DNA from: Eledone cirrhosa
Lineage: Eukaryota
Assembly: GCA_964016885.1 (NCBI GenBank)
Contig: OZ024743.1
Coordinates: 182,032,001 to 182,096,000, forward strand
Length of the DNA: 64,000 nt
Direction: 5' to 3'
The notes under the pieces were generated by a model. That model had not been told where the DNA came from, searched no databases, and saw only the letters and a list, made by a program, of their open reading frames with translations. Below, piece after piece: positions 27,775 through 44,104 of this stretch. The translations under genes and the position numbers were made by a program. Within the stretch, counting starts at the first letter, position 1, and each line of letters opens with the position of its first letter.

Positions 27775-28767
27775 GGTTTATGTGCATGAAAAAAAAATCA
27801 TTAGAATAGCGACTGATCTGGAGGAGAGATATGGAATAAAGCCTGATATAAATCTCTCACCCAGAGAAATCGGAAGATCCTATTCAATGTTCAAACAAGA
27901 TAAAAAAATTGACCAATTTACAGAAAAAGTTGTGCATGGATACTTGAGGCGTAAAACACAGACCATAGAGGGGATAAACCACTCAAAAAGCCTGGCATGG
28001 AGTTCCGACAAGTTTATGATATCACACCTTGAGGGATATCTCTATGCAATACAGGAACAAGAACTCCCTACCAAATATCTGCTGCACAAAAGAGGAGGGC
28101 CAGCAGCTGACAATAAATGTAGACTATGTAAAACAAAGATCGAGGATGTAAGCCACAGTGTTGCCAGCTGCGAAAAAATGTCATCTCGCTACTACCTCCC
28201 CATGAGACACGATAGGATAGCTAGAACCATCTGGAACGCACTTCGGAAAACAAAATTAACAAATGAGGAGGAATATATTGAGACAGATGGCACTAAGGAA
28301 TACTGGTGGAACCTGAAAATAAAAACTGCCACCAAATTAAAGCACAACCGGCCTGATATTGTTGTTTGGGACCACACATTGAAAACGTGTTCTGTTGTGG
28401 AGATCAGCTGCCCACTTGATGTAAACGTTGTCAGAAAAATACAGGAGAAGGAGGACATCTACGGACCATTGATGAGGAGTTTACAAATCCAGTATCCAAG
28501 ATACACCTTTAGCTTCATACCCATCATTATTGGAGCTACGGGTTATATACCAACCCGCTTGGACCAAAGTATGACTGAACTTGCATTTGCGGACAAAAAG
28601 CGCAGCTCCCTAATTCATAGTCTACAAATGGTTGCGATAGCTGGCACCTTCAAAATTTGCAAAACATTCTTGCGATTCAAGGGATGACAATTTCTTTTCT
28701 TTTACAACCTTGCCACCAGGAAGGTGGCCCTCAAAAAAAATATACTCGAAATTAAGAGAAAGAGATA
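27775..28767 (+). mobile_element. 5'-truncated R4/Dong-like LINE family 2 (RLE domain, 301-aa open frame)
   Basis: AIQEQ, CRLCKTKIEDVSHSVASC, RHD, HNRPDIVVWD..VEISCP; flanked by (CATA)n. Confidence 0.9.
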
Positions 28768-28861
28768 TACACATACATACATACATACATACATACATAC
28801 ATACATACATACATACATACATACATACATACATACATACATACATACATACATACATACG

Positions 28862-29515
28862 TATGTAGAGTACGTTATTGGTTCACAGGAGGTCAAAAAC
28901 CCAAAGCTAGTAAATAACTTATTTGTGGATGACATGAAACTTTATGTCAGAGAATATAAATGGTGTGAAGGAAATCAGTGACCCTCAATGAGTTTGCTGA
29001 AGTGGAAATAACAGCGAAATATCTGATTCACAAAAGAGGTAGGGATGCAGGCAAAACACCTAGATGTGACAACAAACGCAGACTCTGCGGAATAAACATC
29101 GAAGATGTCACCCAAAGTTACAGTGATGAGGAGGACATATACGTACATAATATGAAAGAGTACTGGTGGAATGTTCCAGTCAAAACCCCAATAAAATGCA
29201 AACATAACAGACCAGACATAGTGATATGGGACAGCGAAAATCAGCTGCCCAGCAGATGTTAATATAATATTAAAGATTAGAGAAAAGTAGAACATTTATG
29301 AGGAATCTACAGATACTCCACCCTAGCTATACATTTAGATTTGTAATTGTAATCATTGGGGCTTTGGGATATGTTACTAACTGCCTCAGTTCAAGTTTTA
29401 AGAAGCTGGGCTTCACAGAACCAGGAAAATCATGGCTAGTCAGGAAGTTACAAGTACAATCCATTAATGGAACTTTAAAAATAGGTAAACAAAAAACATT
29501 CCAACAATTATGATG
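28862..29515 (+). mobile_element. Multiply deleted derivative of Dong-like family 1
   Basis: Joined pieces: NLFVDDMKLY, KYLIHKRGRDAGKTPRCDNK, KEYWWNVPVKTPIKCKHNRPD, LVRKLQVQSINGT. Confidence 0.85.
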
Positions 29516-29849
29516 CATAGTTCGATTCCCTTTGTGAGATTTACGTGAATCCAATGCATTAACTCCACATTTCCGTTCAGACTTTAGAGTGACCCTGTAG
29601 AAAGTTAAACGAAACGGATATCTACATTCTCAAATATTCCGATCACTTTCCTGCTATAATTATAAATCTCGCAAATATCTTTTCCAGGGATAATTTCTTC
29701 CAGCTGTTGTATTAAAAATCTTGTAGCCGTTTTGGTAAGAAACCCTCCAACCTATGCTCAGACAAAAACGTTATCGACGGAGCTGTTCCTCGTTTATCCG
29801 TTTCCGATTTATCTGGAAGCCTTAATATAACGTGGCAAGTACTAATTAA

Positions 29850-30068
29850 CCCTTTAGCATTTACACCGGCCGTATCCGGCCAGAATTCTCTCACCCCTTT
29901 CTATTCAAACCAATCATAACCAGCTGCTCACACTGATGTTAAGGTATTGATCTCAAAGTAAATAATATCAAAATCTCATAGATTCGTTATTATATGAGAT
30001 AATTATGAGATAAAGCCTTTTCTGTGAAAATATAATAGAATATATAGAGTAATGTAAATGCTAAAGGG
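29850..30068. mobile_element. piggyBac-type MITE
   Basis: TTAA|CCCTTTAGCATTTAC...GTAAATGCTAAAGGG|TTAA; an empty paralogous site lies at 30540-30595. Confidence 0.9.
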
Positions 30069-30927
30069 TTAAGGCGTAATGTTCGCTGTGGAGGTTTAAT
30101 GAGGCGGTAGCTAGTAGCAGCTTTAGTGAGAAGGTAGTTTACAAGGAGGACACTCCTCACCATCCAAAAATCACAGGAGAATTAAAACCAGGGCGAAGTA
30201 ATCTGCTTGACCTCCAATTCGTCCTCGCCCTTATAACTTCGACATCTCTACGAATATAGCCAGGGGGTTTTCTATCCTTTGTAAAGCGCCACTTCTCGTC
30301 AAAACACAAATACCATAAGATCCTCTTTAATTCACACAATGCTAAGATTAGCTATTCTGAGCAATGACAACATCACTTTCGCCATCAAACAGCACAATTG
30401 AAGATGTATATCTTCACATCTTTCATCCTAACAGACAGCTTACTTTTGAAATGAGAAATGCAAAACTGAAAGTTTCCAATTATGTATTTTGTTTAGGTCA
30501 TGGAACTGGAAACACACCACTTCCCGATTCCGAGTAATCTGAAGCCTTAATATAACGTGGCAAATACTAATTAAGATTCGCTGTGGAGGTTTAATAACAC
30601 TGAAACATGTCTATCTGTTAAACACCAGTTTTACTCCTCACTTCACACACTCATTCAATTTTTAGATGTCTTTCGTGACAATCATTAAAAATAATGTTTT
30701 TCTTTACTCTCACTACTGCTATAATTCTATTGGATTGAACAATCTTGATTTACTACATTAAGTTTGTTAACTATATCTTTTCCATGCAGAAGGTGGACCT
30801 GGATAATTTCTTCCAGCGGTTCTATTGAAAATAAATAATCATGCTATCAACTTAGACATAAAACCGGTTTAAGAGAAAAACGGTTTGGCAAAGAAAATCA
30901 AAAAACATTTATACACACACACACACT

Positions 30928-30981
<54 letters not shown>

Positions 30982-31009
30982 TGCACACACATATATATAT
31001 ATCATACAT

Positions 31010-31071
<62 letters not shown>

Positions 31072-31295
31072 GTATATAGACATATATGAAAAGTAGGTAT
31101 ATATTCCACAATGCTTCAAGCAAATTACTAAATTACAACACCTTATATTATATATATATATGTGTGTGTGTGTATGCATACCTACATGCATACATATATG
31201 TGTATATATATATATACTCATATATGTATGTATAGTTTTAGTCACTTATATATTATGAAATACTGTTGGCTTCTTGCTCACATTAATTTCTCTAT

Positions 31296-31353
<58 letters not shown>

Positions 31354-31428
31354 GGAGGGGTGTATTGCTCTGTTACGTGTTCCAGCCGTATATACATATG
31401 TATGTATATATATATATATATATAAGTG

Positions 31429-31518
<90 letters not shown>

Positions 31519-31997
31519 CATATGTATATAAATACATATATATACAGACATATTACTCTATTCCTCTATTACGTGTTCCAGCCGACAGAAATCTTTATTT
31601 TGGCAGTTCTCCTCTCCTCTTTGGCAAGTGTTTCATAATAAGTTTCGTCAACTCTGCAGAGATGCTATAAGTAGCTGTTCTCATTGGTTGACTCTGTGTT
31701 AGTGTTGGTGAGTCATGTTGGCAGTATTGCTGATAACCACGCCGACTCTCCTAACACACTAACCTCAAGTACAAATAACCATAACTTTATATATCTGTCT
31801 GTCCTTGGCTTCTTTTATTTATTATCATTATATTATTAGTATTATTATTAGTATTATTAATATTATTTTTGGCTGTGTGGGTTTTCTACTTATCTTTACT
31901 CTGTTATCAAATACTGTTGCATATGTTCTCAATTCTAGTATATTCACAAAAAGAAACGCCTGCGTCAAAATCTCTTAACTGATTTCATCTCTCTCTC

Positions 31998-32093
<96 letters not shown>

Positions 32094-32204
32094 ATTATTT
32101 AACAATTACTGATAAAAAGATACGATGTTACAAACAAACAAAAAGACAAAAAGTCTAGAACATAGAGACATGACCAGCAAAAATATTTAAAGCACTTCTT
32201 TTCC

Positions 32205-33547
32205 TCCCAACACCCGCCTTCCTTTCCCTCTCACCTACCACCCCATCACCCTACCTCTCCGGCGATATATTCTCCGTTCCTTCCGCACCCTCTCTTCTGA
32301 CCCCGTCACTTCTCGCTTTTTTCCTAACCCACCTAACCCACGCTTTTAAGTGCGCCCGTAACCTCTGCGACCGCCTGGTACGCAGTTCCTTCTCGTCTTC
32401 TCCTACGACTCCACCCGGCTCTCATCCTTGTTCTCGTCCCCGCTGTAACACTTGTGCTTTCATTTCCAGCCTCACCACTCTCACAGGTCCTAACGGGTCA
32501 TTCCGTATCAGCCACTCCTTCATCTGCACCTCCACCGACGTAGCCTATGCCCTCCGGTGTTCCCTTTGCGGGTCCTTATAAATCGGACAAACGGGATGCC
32601 GTTTGGCGGACCGTTTTGCTGAACATTTGAAGGACATACGACTCGGTATGGATACTCCCGTCGCCCATCAATTCCGTTCCCCAGGTCACTCTTCCCTACA
32701 TGTCTCAGTCCGGGGTGTCCTTTTACATCACGGATTGCAGGCCTCGCGCACCAGGACTGAACAGAATCTGATTTACCGCCTTGTGCCCTGTTTCCATAAT
32801 GGACTCAACTCCTCTCCCCAATTTCTTTAATATTTCACATACGTTCGTGCTTACTTCTCTACCCTTTACCCCGTCGCGTTTACTCCGTCCGTTATCACAC
32901 ACGCGCTTGTATATTCACCCCTAGATTCCTATGGCTCTCTTATGGTCAGAAACATATACTCTTACAGTTGATACAGACCAACAAAATACTCACACAGACC
33001 TCTACTTTTCCCTTCACAGCTCTGTATACACACAGAAAAACTCCCTTATATTAACATACTTTTGCTCACAGCTTCGTACTTACAAGCGTACACACACTCT
33101 TTTACTTACATATACATACACATATTCCCTTAGCTTCGTACGGATGCATAATAACACACACACAGAGATACACACACACAAACACACACACACACGCGCG
33201 CATACGCACGCACACACATATAGCTCTACATACAAAACGGTTTTTTTTTTCCATTTCAGGTAGACGCGCTCCATCATCTACTTTTCTAAAAACGGTATAT
33301 CATACACAAAACGCCAGCATCAACAGTTTTCAAAGAGATATCAACATGAATAGACCTGTTATTTTTATCTAAAAACATGTTTTCCGATTCTGCTCTGCCC
33401 GCTCCCTCTATCTTTCTAATTTCTCATTCTTTCTTCTGGTGAAGGACTAGCGTCCGAAACGTTAAGACTCTCTTCCTGCTATTTCGAGCGTTAGCCTAAT
33501 ATATTCCCTCCATGTACCGATTGTATTGTTATTTCTGTTTACCTTTT

Positions 33548-33548
<1 letters not shown>
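32205..33548 (+). mobile_element. 5'-truncated Penelope-like element (Neptune-like GIY-YIG) with a 3' pLTR
   Basis: PFPLTYHP..., CSRPRCNTC, VAYALRCSLCGSL*IGQTG.RLADRFAEH, EQNLIYRL..GLN; HHR in the 3' region. Confidence 0.85.
33432..33467 (+). ncRNA. Minimal type I hammerhead ribozyme (mutated core)
   Basis: tctt-CTGGTGA-a-ggac-tagc-gtcc-GAAA-cgt-t/aaga; palindromic stem III AACGTT. Paralog at 58619-58654 (-). Confidence 0.75.
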
Positions 33549-33621
<73 letters not shown>

Positions 33622-33685
33622 TTATTTATTTATTGCCCCAGCATGGCCTCAGCCGGATGGCTGTAACAGGTAAAAGAGTAAAAGA

Positions 33686-33746
<61 letters not shown>

Positions 33747-33747
33747 G

Positions 33748-34067
33748 ATATACAATATATTAACAAATGGAAACTATATTTATAAAACCATATTTATTTC
33801 ATTATAAATATTTCAAGGGCCACCGAGGCAAATTATGGTGCGCTTTCATCAGATAAAATATAATATAGGTTAGTTTTATAAATAAATATTGACATACCCT
33901 GAAAAAATGCAACCATTCTGGTTGGAGTCTCCTGGATAAAACTAACCTATATTATATTTTATCTGATGAAAGCGCACCATAATTTGCCTTGGTGGCCCTT
34001 GAAATGTGTATAATGAAATAAATATGGTTTTATAAATATAGTTTCCATTTGTTAATATATTGTATAT
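33748..34067. repeat. Inverted repeat (132-bp arms, 56-bp spacer) with an HHR motif in each arm; PLE-type inverted pLTR
   Basis: Arms 33748-33879 and 33936-34067; CTGATGA at 33963 and GAAA at 34001. Confidence 0.8.
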
Positions 34068-34158
34068 TTACTCCAATAATTTGTTGAGTGCTTTATATCA
34101 GTTATAAAAATATTTTGCTTGTTGTATCCCAACAAATTAAATATAACCTCTACATATA

Positions 34159-34195
<37 letters not shown>

Positions 34196-34200
<5 letters not shown>

Positions 34201-34882
34201 TAACAGATTAAAGTTTAAGCAAAGAATCGCTGCTTTCACCCTTAACGGGATCTTCTGAAACTAAAAAAGTCAATCTGTGAACGCAGAAGTAAATATTTCA
34301 AAAAGCGTTGGAACCGAAGGAAGACAGGAAGACGATACTTTGGTTCGTGGAAACGTTCCCTGGCAAAGAACGGGGAAAAACGAAGATAATACGTCATTAT
34401 TTGGATCGGTGAAAACAATTACATGCAAAGACAAAACCGCGTTTATGGTATAAATGAAGTCGTAGACTAATATTCTATTAGGTGGTTCATGGAGACGTTC
34501 TCTGGCAATGAACGGAAAAAAAAGAAAATAATACGTCATAATGTGGAGCAATGAGAACAATTACACGCAAAGACAAAACCACGTGAATGGTATAACTGAA
34601 GTCGTAGACTAAAATTTTATTTAGGAAACCGAATGATTCTCGGCTTCAGAGTTAAGAATAAAGTAAATAAAATACAGAGGTAATTGAAATTAAATATATA
34701 CATACACACATCCATATACGTACATACACAAGCATACGCGAAAACACGCCCCATGGGTATGCAAATACAAGCACGTACACAAAATAAAAAAATAAAAAAA
34801 CTCACGCATATACAGAACCCACGCAACGCCTGTACCGTGCACATACGAACGTATACACCAAATACACATAAAAATAAATAAA

Positions 34883-34950
<68 letters not shown>

Positions 34951-34998
34951 CATAATTAAATAAACGTATATAAATATACACACATAAATACGTATATA

Positions 34999-35032
<34 letters not shown>

Positions 35033-35786
35033 CCACATGTAAATACATATATGTTCGCGGACGTACGTCAACCAAAACACAAAGTACACATATACACACA
35101 CCCTACATACGTACGAACCCGCATACTCACACAGACGCAAAACTCACGTATACACATAACCAAATGCACATGTACCAGTATATATAATATGTACGCCAAT
35201 AACATATACAAGCAAATATACGTACGAGAAATATACGTACCTTCACAAAACATACAGGTAATATATACTTACTTATACGAATACGTAATGGTATTAACAT
35301 AACATATATTTAGCTACCACATCAAGACATAAAATATCCGCGTATAGTTCGTACTATCCGTTAGGGTATAATGAATGTGGGGCTGTAATACAAGAAAGTT
35401 TTGTGCAATTTATGTTTACAAGCCGAAATTGCCTCAGATTTTTTGTTTAAGATGTGGTCTTTGGCGTAGAGTATTTCCAGGGCCTCGGCGGCGCAGAGGT
35501 CACATGGTCTTTTATTTCCGTTATACCATCTAGCCTTAGCTAGGATCTCCCAGTGTAACTTATATTCGGTGTGGTTGTCTTTTAGACTCCAGATATAAGC
35601 TGAAAGTGACGTCATATTCCTTCTTAAAGGGTTAAGAAAAGAATGGGTATGTATGTAAAGACGCTGCTTGAATCTATTGGCGGTTAACCCTATGAAGGCC
35701 CTACGGGACGTGGGTGTTTCAACCTTACATTTGTAGACAATGTTATCGAGCCCTCTTTGGATTTTAGTCTTCAAATTTATTATTAT

Positions 35787-35790
<4 letters not shown>
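34196..35790 (-). mobile_element. 5'-truncated copy of the PLE family at 60642 (GIY-YIG end, 3'UTR, pLTR)
   Basis: NIVYKCKV..AFIGLTANRFKQR..CDLC..LNKKSE. 35744-35790 is an inverted copy of the family's extreme 3' tail (63797-63845). Confidence 0.9.
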
Positions 35791-35822
<32 letters not shown>

Positions 35823-35824
<2 letters not shown>

Positions 35825-36012
35825 GCGGTGGATTGGCAGTATCGGTAAGGGTCGGACGCCATGCTTTGAAGCATAGAGTTACCTCCCTTTATGATCTGAG
35901 TTCAAATCCCGCCGAGGTTAACTTTGCCTTTCATCCTTACGGGGTCGATAAAATAAAGTACCAGTAATGCACTGGAATAATTGCTGGCCTTGTGCCAAAA
36001 GTAGAAACAATT
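35823..36012 (+). mobile_element. SINE family B
   Basis: Near-identical to 14297-14480. Confidence 0.85.
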
Positions 36013-36138
36013 ATATATATATATAGTAATGAGTTTCTGACAGATGGTTGAGCTCTTGCGTGTCGATAGCTGATATATTTTTTTCTTTCATCTCTCTCCA
36101 AGTCTCAGTTCTCCTGTACGTCAATCAAATTAGGACCA

Positions 36139-36218
36139 CTCCTCTGAAGAGACAGTGATAGGAAAGAGCTGAAAGAAAAAATAATCCAATTATCCACTCG
36201 CTGTCGAAACGGCAAGAG
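36139..36218 (+). ncRNA. Hammerhead-like motif with long stem II (cleavage site degenerate)
   Basis: ctcct-CTGAAGA-gacagtga...tcgctgtc-GAAA-cggc-aagag. Confidence 0.55.
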
Positions 36219-36774
36219 ATCAGCCGTCGGGCAGTAACTCATTACAACACCTACACTCTACAATCCTAAGTATCGGGTACTAAGCTTGACAATGGTCTTA
36301 CTAGTCTAAACTGGTAACTCCCTATCAATATAAACACACACATATATATATATATACATACGCATATATGTATATACGTTTGTATAAACACTTTCGTGCG
36401 CACGCATATGTGTATATATGAGTCACACTTGGTTTGCTTTGGCATTCTAAAGAATTCGTTTGTACTACATAATACCACATAATACCACATAGTACCACGT
36501 AGTACCATGTAGTACCACTTGTGCAGACATTTCGTAATTTCTTAAAGTATAGTAAGTATTTTAAATTTTATTAATTAATTCAGTAGTTTTATTTCACCAA
36601 CGTTTCACATAAGTATAAAACAATATTATTAGATGTCAAAAGGGTGATGGAATGGCAGTAGAATCGGTAGAGCGTCGGACATGTCTTGCAGTATATAGTT
36701 ACGCCCCTTTACTTTCTGAGTTCAAATCCTACCGAGGTTATCAATGGCTTCAATAGATAGGCACATTTGGAGGG

Positions 36775-37009
36775 AATCTAAACTTAAAGTACGACCAGGG
36801 GTGTTATCTACAAGCAGAAAAGAATCTAGATGTGAAGTATGACCAGGGGTATTATCTACAAGCAGAAAATAATCTAGATGTAAAGTATGACCAGGGGTGT
36901 TATCTACAAGCAGAAAAGAGTCTAGATTTGAAGTATAACCAAGCAGTATCTACAAGCAGAAAAGAATCTAGATTTGATGTATGACCAGGGGTGTTATCTA
37001 CAAGCAGAA
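36775..37009. repeat. 48-bp tandem repeat, ~4.5 copies
   Basis: gtatgaccaggggtgttatctacaagcagaaaagaatctagatgtgaa. Confidence 0.9.
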
Positions 37010-38429
37010 GCGTCATTATTATTCTCACAGTAACGTTTGATATTAAGGTAGAAATGGTCAATATTTGACATTAACGTTGAAATGGTCAATATTTGACATT
37101 AGGGTAGAAATGATCAACGCATAATTCCGTAAACGAACGCTGTGTAATTGAAGCTTTCTGTTAGATTTCCTCACTTCGTCATTTGTAATTCTAAATGAGA
37201 ACATTTCAGTTCTAAGCGAGAATAATGCTTTCAAAGAGAGCACGTATCATATCAAAGGAAAAATGTCGATTTCATAATGAATAGGTATCACTTCAAAGTG
37301 AAAATACCTATATCATAGTGAGCTCATGTCATGTAAACAAACCCTAAACTTAGCCAAGAATGTATCTTCTCATAGAGAAAATGTAGCAGGGAAGACTTTA
37401 TCAGCCGGAAAATATTACATTATAAACAAAACAAAACGAAAACAAACCCTCTTTTTTTAATCACTATCGTAAAAGCTCATTTGCTATGGAATAATTGCAG
37501 TTCCAATGTCCCCGGTGGTCAAACTTACTTTTCATTTTTGCGGATTCAATAAAATATTTAGCAATCAAGAACTGGAAGACGTTTAATATACTAAATTGTT
37601 TGTCCTTCTGGAAAGATAAAAAATAATATTTTATTTTGTACTAAAAACAGGAAGATACCTTTAAATCTAGCAAAGCTTCTGGAAATGTAAAAAAGAACAG
37701 GTAACACATAGCAGCTTTGTTGCCTTCTTTTACCTGAAATTATACTACACCTTTCACATTCTCACGGCCTTTGAATTACATACCTTCTTATACTTAACAC
37801 ATGATGCTTCAAGCAAACTACAACACTCGTAAAAAATGATATTTTATTATATAACAAAAATAAGAGAAGAGATGTTTGACTGCAACAAGGCTGAGCTGAA
37901 GAATATGTTAAATATAAGGCATTAAAATTTCGCATGAAAGCCACTTGAATAAGAGCAGTTGATGTATTCTTTAATAAGACATGTTTTAAAACTATCGTCA
38001 TCTTCTCCTTCACCGAGAAAAGATGTCGTTCCATACAGTTTTACAAGACATGCTTTGAATCTTGAAAAGACATGTACGAGTATGTTTCTATTGTTAAGAG
38101 AACCCTAAAAAACAACGACAAAAGAAGTATTAAGTGTTCCCAGCTGCCGAGGGTAAGGTCACCAATAACTATAAGAGGCATAATTAAGTTTTAATTGAAA
38201 TACTTAGAAAAGAAGTTCACTTCGGTTGTTTAACCCACCAGTAACTTCAAAAACTATAGAAATTCACTCTAAAATATAGAACAAAATATCTTTGTCTTCC
38301 TAGCTGACACATCATATTGGAACCAACAAGGAAAGAATTTCTCAATAGCAAACTCAAGTCTTTTAGTAATCTCTTTCATAAGTTCATTTTGAAGGTCCCC
38401 ATCGGTCACTAGTGATCATAGTTTTGCAC

Positions 38430-38699
38430 CGAGAAAGTTCCCCTCCGAGGCACACGCCTAGGCAAGATTTGTTTGTGGCAGACCAGCAGTCACCCATGCA
38501 TACCAGTCTCCTCCTCTCCACGCCTTCGAGAAGGGCAATGGCTGATACAGCTTGGCACCAGTGACGCCGCAACAGCTGAGTAAACATGAGCCACGTGAAA
38601 TAAAGTGTCTTGTTCAAGGACACAACGCAAAGCCCGGTCCAAGAATCGAACTAACAACATCGCGATTGTATGCCCGACGCGGTAACCAGTAAGCCATGC
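38430..38699 (-). mobile_element. tRNA-derived SINE family A variant
   Basis: Minus strand gttcgattc ... tgtgtccttgaacaagacactttatttcacg. Confidence 0.7.
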
Positions 38700-38773
38700 A
38701 TACATACATACATACATACATACATACATACATACATACATACATACATACATACATACATACATACATACAT

Positions 38774-39382
38774 GGTGACTGCCAACTCGTTTTCGAGTAC
38801 GGCCACTACTTTATATCCATGTAGGAGAACCCCTACCGATGCGCTGAACGAGTGTGACTTTTTAGTCCAGCCAGCGACTTGAAAACTCTGGTACAAACAC
38901 TACACTTGCGACAATTATTGACACATAGTGCTGGGCCCATGGTACCATGTGACGACAAGTGCAGAGAGATCTCCAGATATAAAGCAATGCCTGTGCCGTG
39001 AAGCTTTTATAGTGAGCAAAGGCACTGCACAAAGCCAGTCCCACTCTCTTAACCAAGATGATATTTACCAAAAAGAATAACAAGTCAACATCATTGGATA
39101 CCATCAGGGTTGCAGGTGTTATATCAGAGTTTTCCTTCTCCTAGAATTCTGCCTTGACAAAGGCTAAGGGGTCATCTCTCCCGGTGATTTTGGATGGCCA
39201 TTGACCCTTAAGAGCTCCTTTGCCCTTTGACAGGTTTTGTTTTTAGTCCTGCAGGATGTCCAAAGTCACCCTCCTCACCAAGAAACCTTGGTGGGGTTGC
39301 CAGTTTAGTCGCCAACGACCCGACCATGGGACAGGTTGTACTGGACTACATGTTACCAGTAGCACCAACCCGGTGACCTGAC
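38774..39382 (-). mobile_element. Full copy of the RTE-derived bipartite element within (CATA)n
   Basis: Near-identical to 27090-27685; (CATA)n on both sides. Confidence 0.85.
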
Positions 39383-39439
39383 ATACATTTATACATACAT
39401 ACATACATACATACATACATACATACATACATACATACA

Positions 39440-39469
<30 letters not shown>

Positions 39470-39470
<1 letters not shown>

Positions 39471-39672
39471 GTATAACTGAACTTGGATTTATGGACAAAG
39501 AGCGCAGCTCCCTAATTCATAGTCTACAAATGGCTGCGATAGCTGGCACCTTCAAAATTTGCAAAACATTCTTGCGATTCAAGGGATGACAATTTCTTTT
39601 CTTCTACAATCTTGCCACCAGGAAGGTGGCCGGTCAAAAATATACTCGAAATTAAGATAAAAGAGAGAATAT
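39470..39672 (+). mobile_element. 3' tip of Dong-like family 2
   Basis: Matches 28570-28767; lies between two (CATA)n tracts. Confidence 0.85.
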
Positions 39673-40734
39673 ACATACATATATACATACATACATACAT
39701 ACATGCATACATACATACATACATACATACATACATACATACATACATACATACATACATACATACATACATACATACATACAAATATACATACATTTAT
39801 ATATACATACATATGTGTGTGAGAGAGAGTATGTATATATGTTTATGAGGGCGTTTGTGTGTATGTATGTGTGTATACGTAAATGAGTATAGTAAGAATA
39901 CACCGACAGATTTTTATCTAGTCTCTCTCTCTCTCAATATCTCTCTCACTCCCATACTCCCTCTCCCAATCTCTCTCTCAATGTCTCTCCTTCTCAATCT
40001 CTCTCTCTCTCATTAGCTCTCTTTCTCAATCTCTCTCTCCCAATCTCTCTCCCAATCTTTCTCTCTTCCTATCTCTCCCTCTCTCCTCTCTCTCTCTCCT
40101 CTCTCTCTCCCCGTTCTCTCCCCTCCCCTTCTCTCTCCCTCTTCCTCTCTCTCTCCCACTGACCCTCTCTTTCGCTCTCCCCCTATCACTACATCTCCCT
40201 ATCTCTCCCTCTCCCTCTCTCTCACAACATCTCATGTACTTTTTACCTCACGATTCTACAACCTTTTCCTCTCACCTCATCTTGTTTCTGTAATGACTCA
40301 TCTTACCAAATAAGAAAACTTCATTTCTTTTCTTTCGTATATGTATATATATATATGTGTGTGTGTGTATGTCTAGGTATATGTGTGTGTCTCTGTGTGT
40401 CTGTATGCGTGTGTATGTATCTGTGTGTGTGTATCTGTGTATCTTAGTGTGTTGTGGTGTGTGTGTGTGTTGTGTGCATGTATGTGTTGTGTATGTTTCT
40501 GTATGTGTTGTGTATGTGTGTTGTGTGTGTATGTCGGGGAAGAAGGATTATTATATTTTATTTCATTCAAGTATCTGTATCTAAATATACAATGGTGTGT
40601 CCAGTGTAAAGGCTTCCACCGTAGACTCCGAAGATAGGTCGACCAACAAGAATTACTAAAACATCTGAAAAGCAATGAACCGTCTGGCAATGTTCCTCTT
40701 ACACCCAATCAGGGACAGAAACAACAACTACTTT

Positions 40735-41045
40735 CAGGGCCGGATTTAATGGGGGTGGAGCAAAGGGGACAATTACCCCGGTACCTCTGTAGTGGGGGAC
40801 CCACCAGTGACGGCCGTAGCAATTTATTTGTGCCCTCAATTGGGCTTTTTAGTTTTAGGATGGTTAGAATTTTTGAATTTAATACCTATATGTATAACTT
40901 TTCAATTCCAATTACTTGCACCAAGTTAAATTTGATATGTAAAATTGGGGGTTTGCTGTGCTGTGTGTTCTATTTTTTGTGTATGAGCACCACCACCCCC
41001 AAATCTGAAGTGCCCCAGGCTCCTTGAGGTCTAAATCCAGCTCTG
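40735..41045 (+). mobile_element. hAT-like MITE with an 8-bp TSD
   Basis: actacttt|CAGGGCCGGATTTA...TAAATCCAGCTCTG|actacatt (7/8 match). Confidence 0.8.
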
Positions 41046-41336
41046 ACTACATTACTACAGACGAAACAAACAAAATCCCTGAACAGCTACCTACTTCAAT
41101 CTGCTCTAAATAGTAGCCAAATCTCCCTCAAATCACTACGAATGTTTTGGGTGGATTTTTACGAGTTTGGAATCCAGTGGTCGTATCCACGAGATGTTCT
41201 ATTTATTGTTGGCTTTGTTTTCTGAGTGTATTATTTATGTAGAGGGCATTCCATGATTGCTTTGTGTTTGTTGTGGGTGTGTCTGTGTTCGGAGTTGCGT
41301 GCTTGATGGACCTACTTGCTTGTTTGCATATATATA

Positions 41337-41414
<78 letters not shown>

Positions 41415-41426
41415 CAGATATATATA

Positions 41427-43685
<2,259 letters not shown>

Positions 43686-44104
43686 ATATATATGGGGCGG
43701 GGGAGAATGACTTCACTTGTAGTGTTAAATAATTTGATTTAATTTATAATATTATATTATGAGTTGGTAGATCTAGTAAGTTCTTTGTTAACTACGGTGG
43801 GAAGAATTTTAAAGATTCCTGGTTAATTTTGTTGGAGAACTTTCTCGCATTCGTCGGTGGCGATTGTCAAACTGAGATCAGGTTATGTTGAGATGTGTGA
43901 CTATATATAAGAGAGATTTGGTTGCGTCTGGGGTGTGGGTGTGGTGTTAATGAGTTTTGATGAAGATTTGGAGGAATTAAAGCATACACACACACATACA
44001 CGCACACACACATATATATATACACTCAGAAAATAGTGAGGCTGTAAGATAAGGGTGTTTGAGAAGGTGGTTGTAAACATCACCTCCTGCTGGTTTTATT
44101 TCAT

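Noticed and set aside
37920-38390. Possible host exon on the minus strand (acceptor near 38105, GSLNNRNILVH...AKF*)
   Set aside because: No recognisable domain or partner exon; cannot be supported without expression or homology data.
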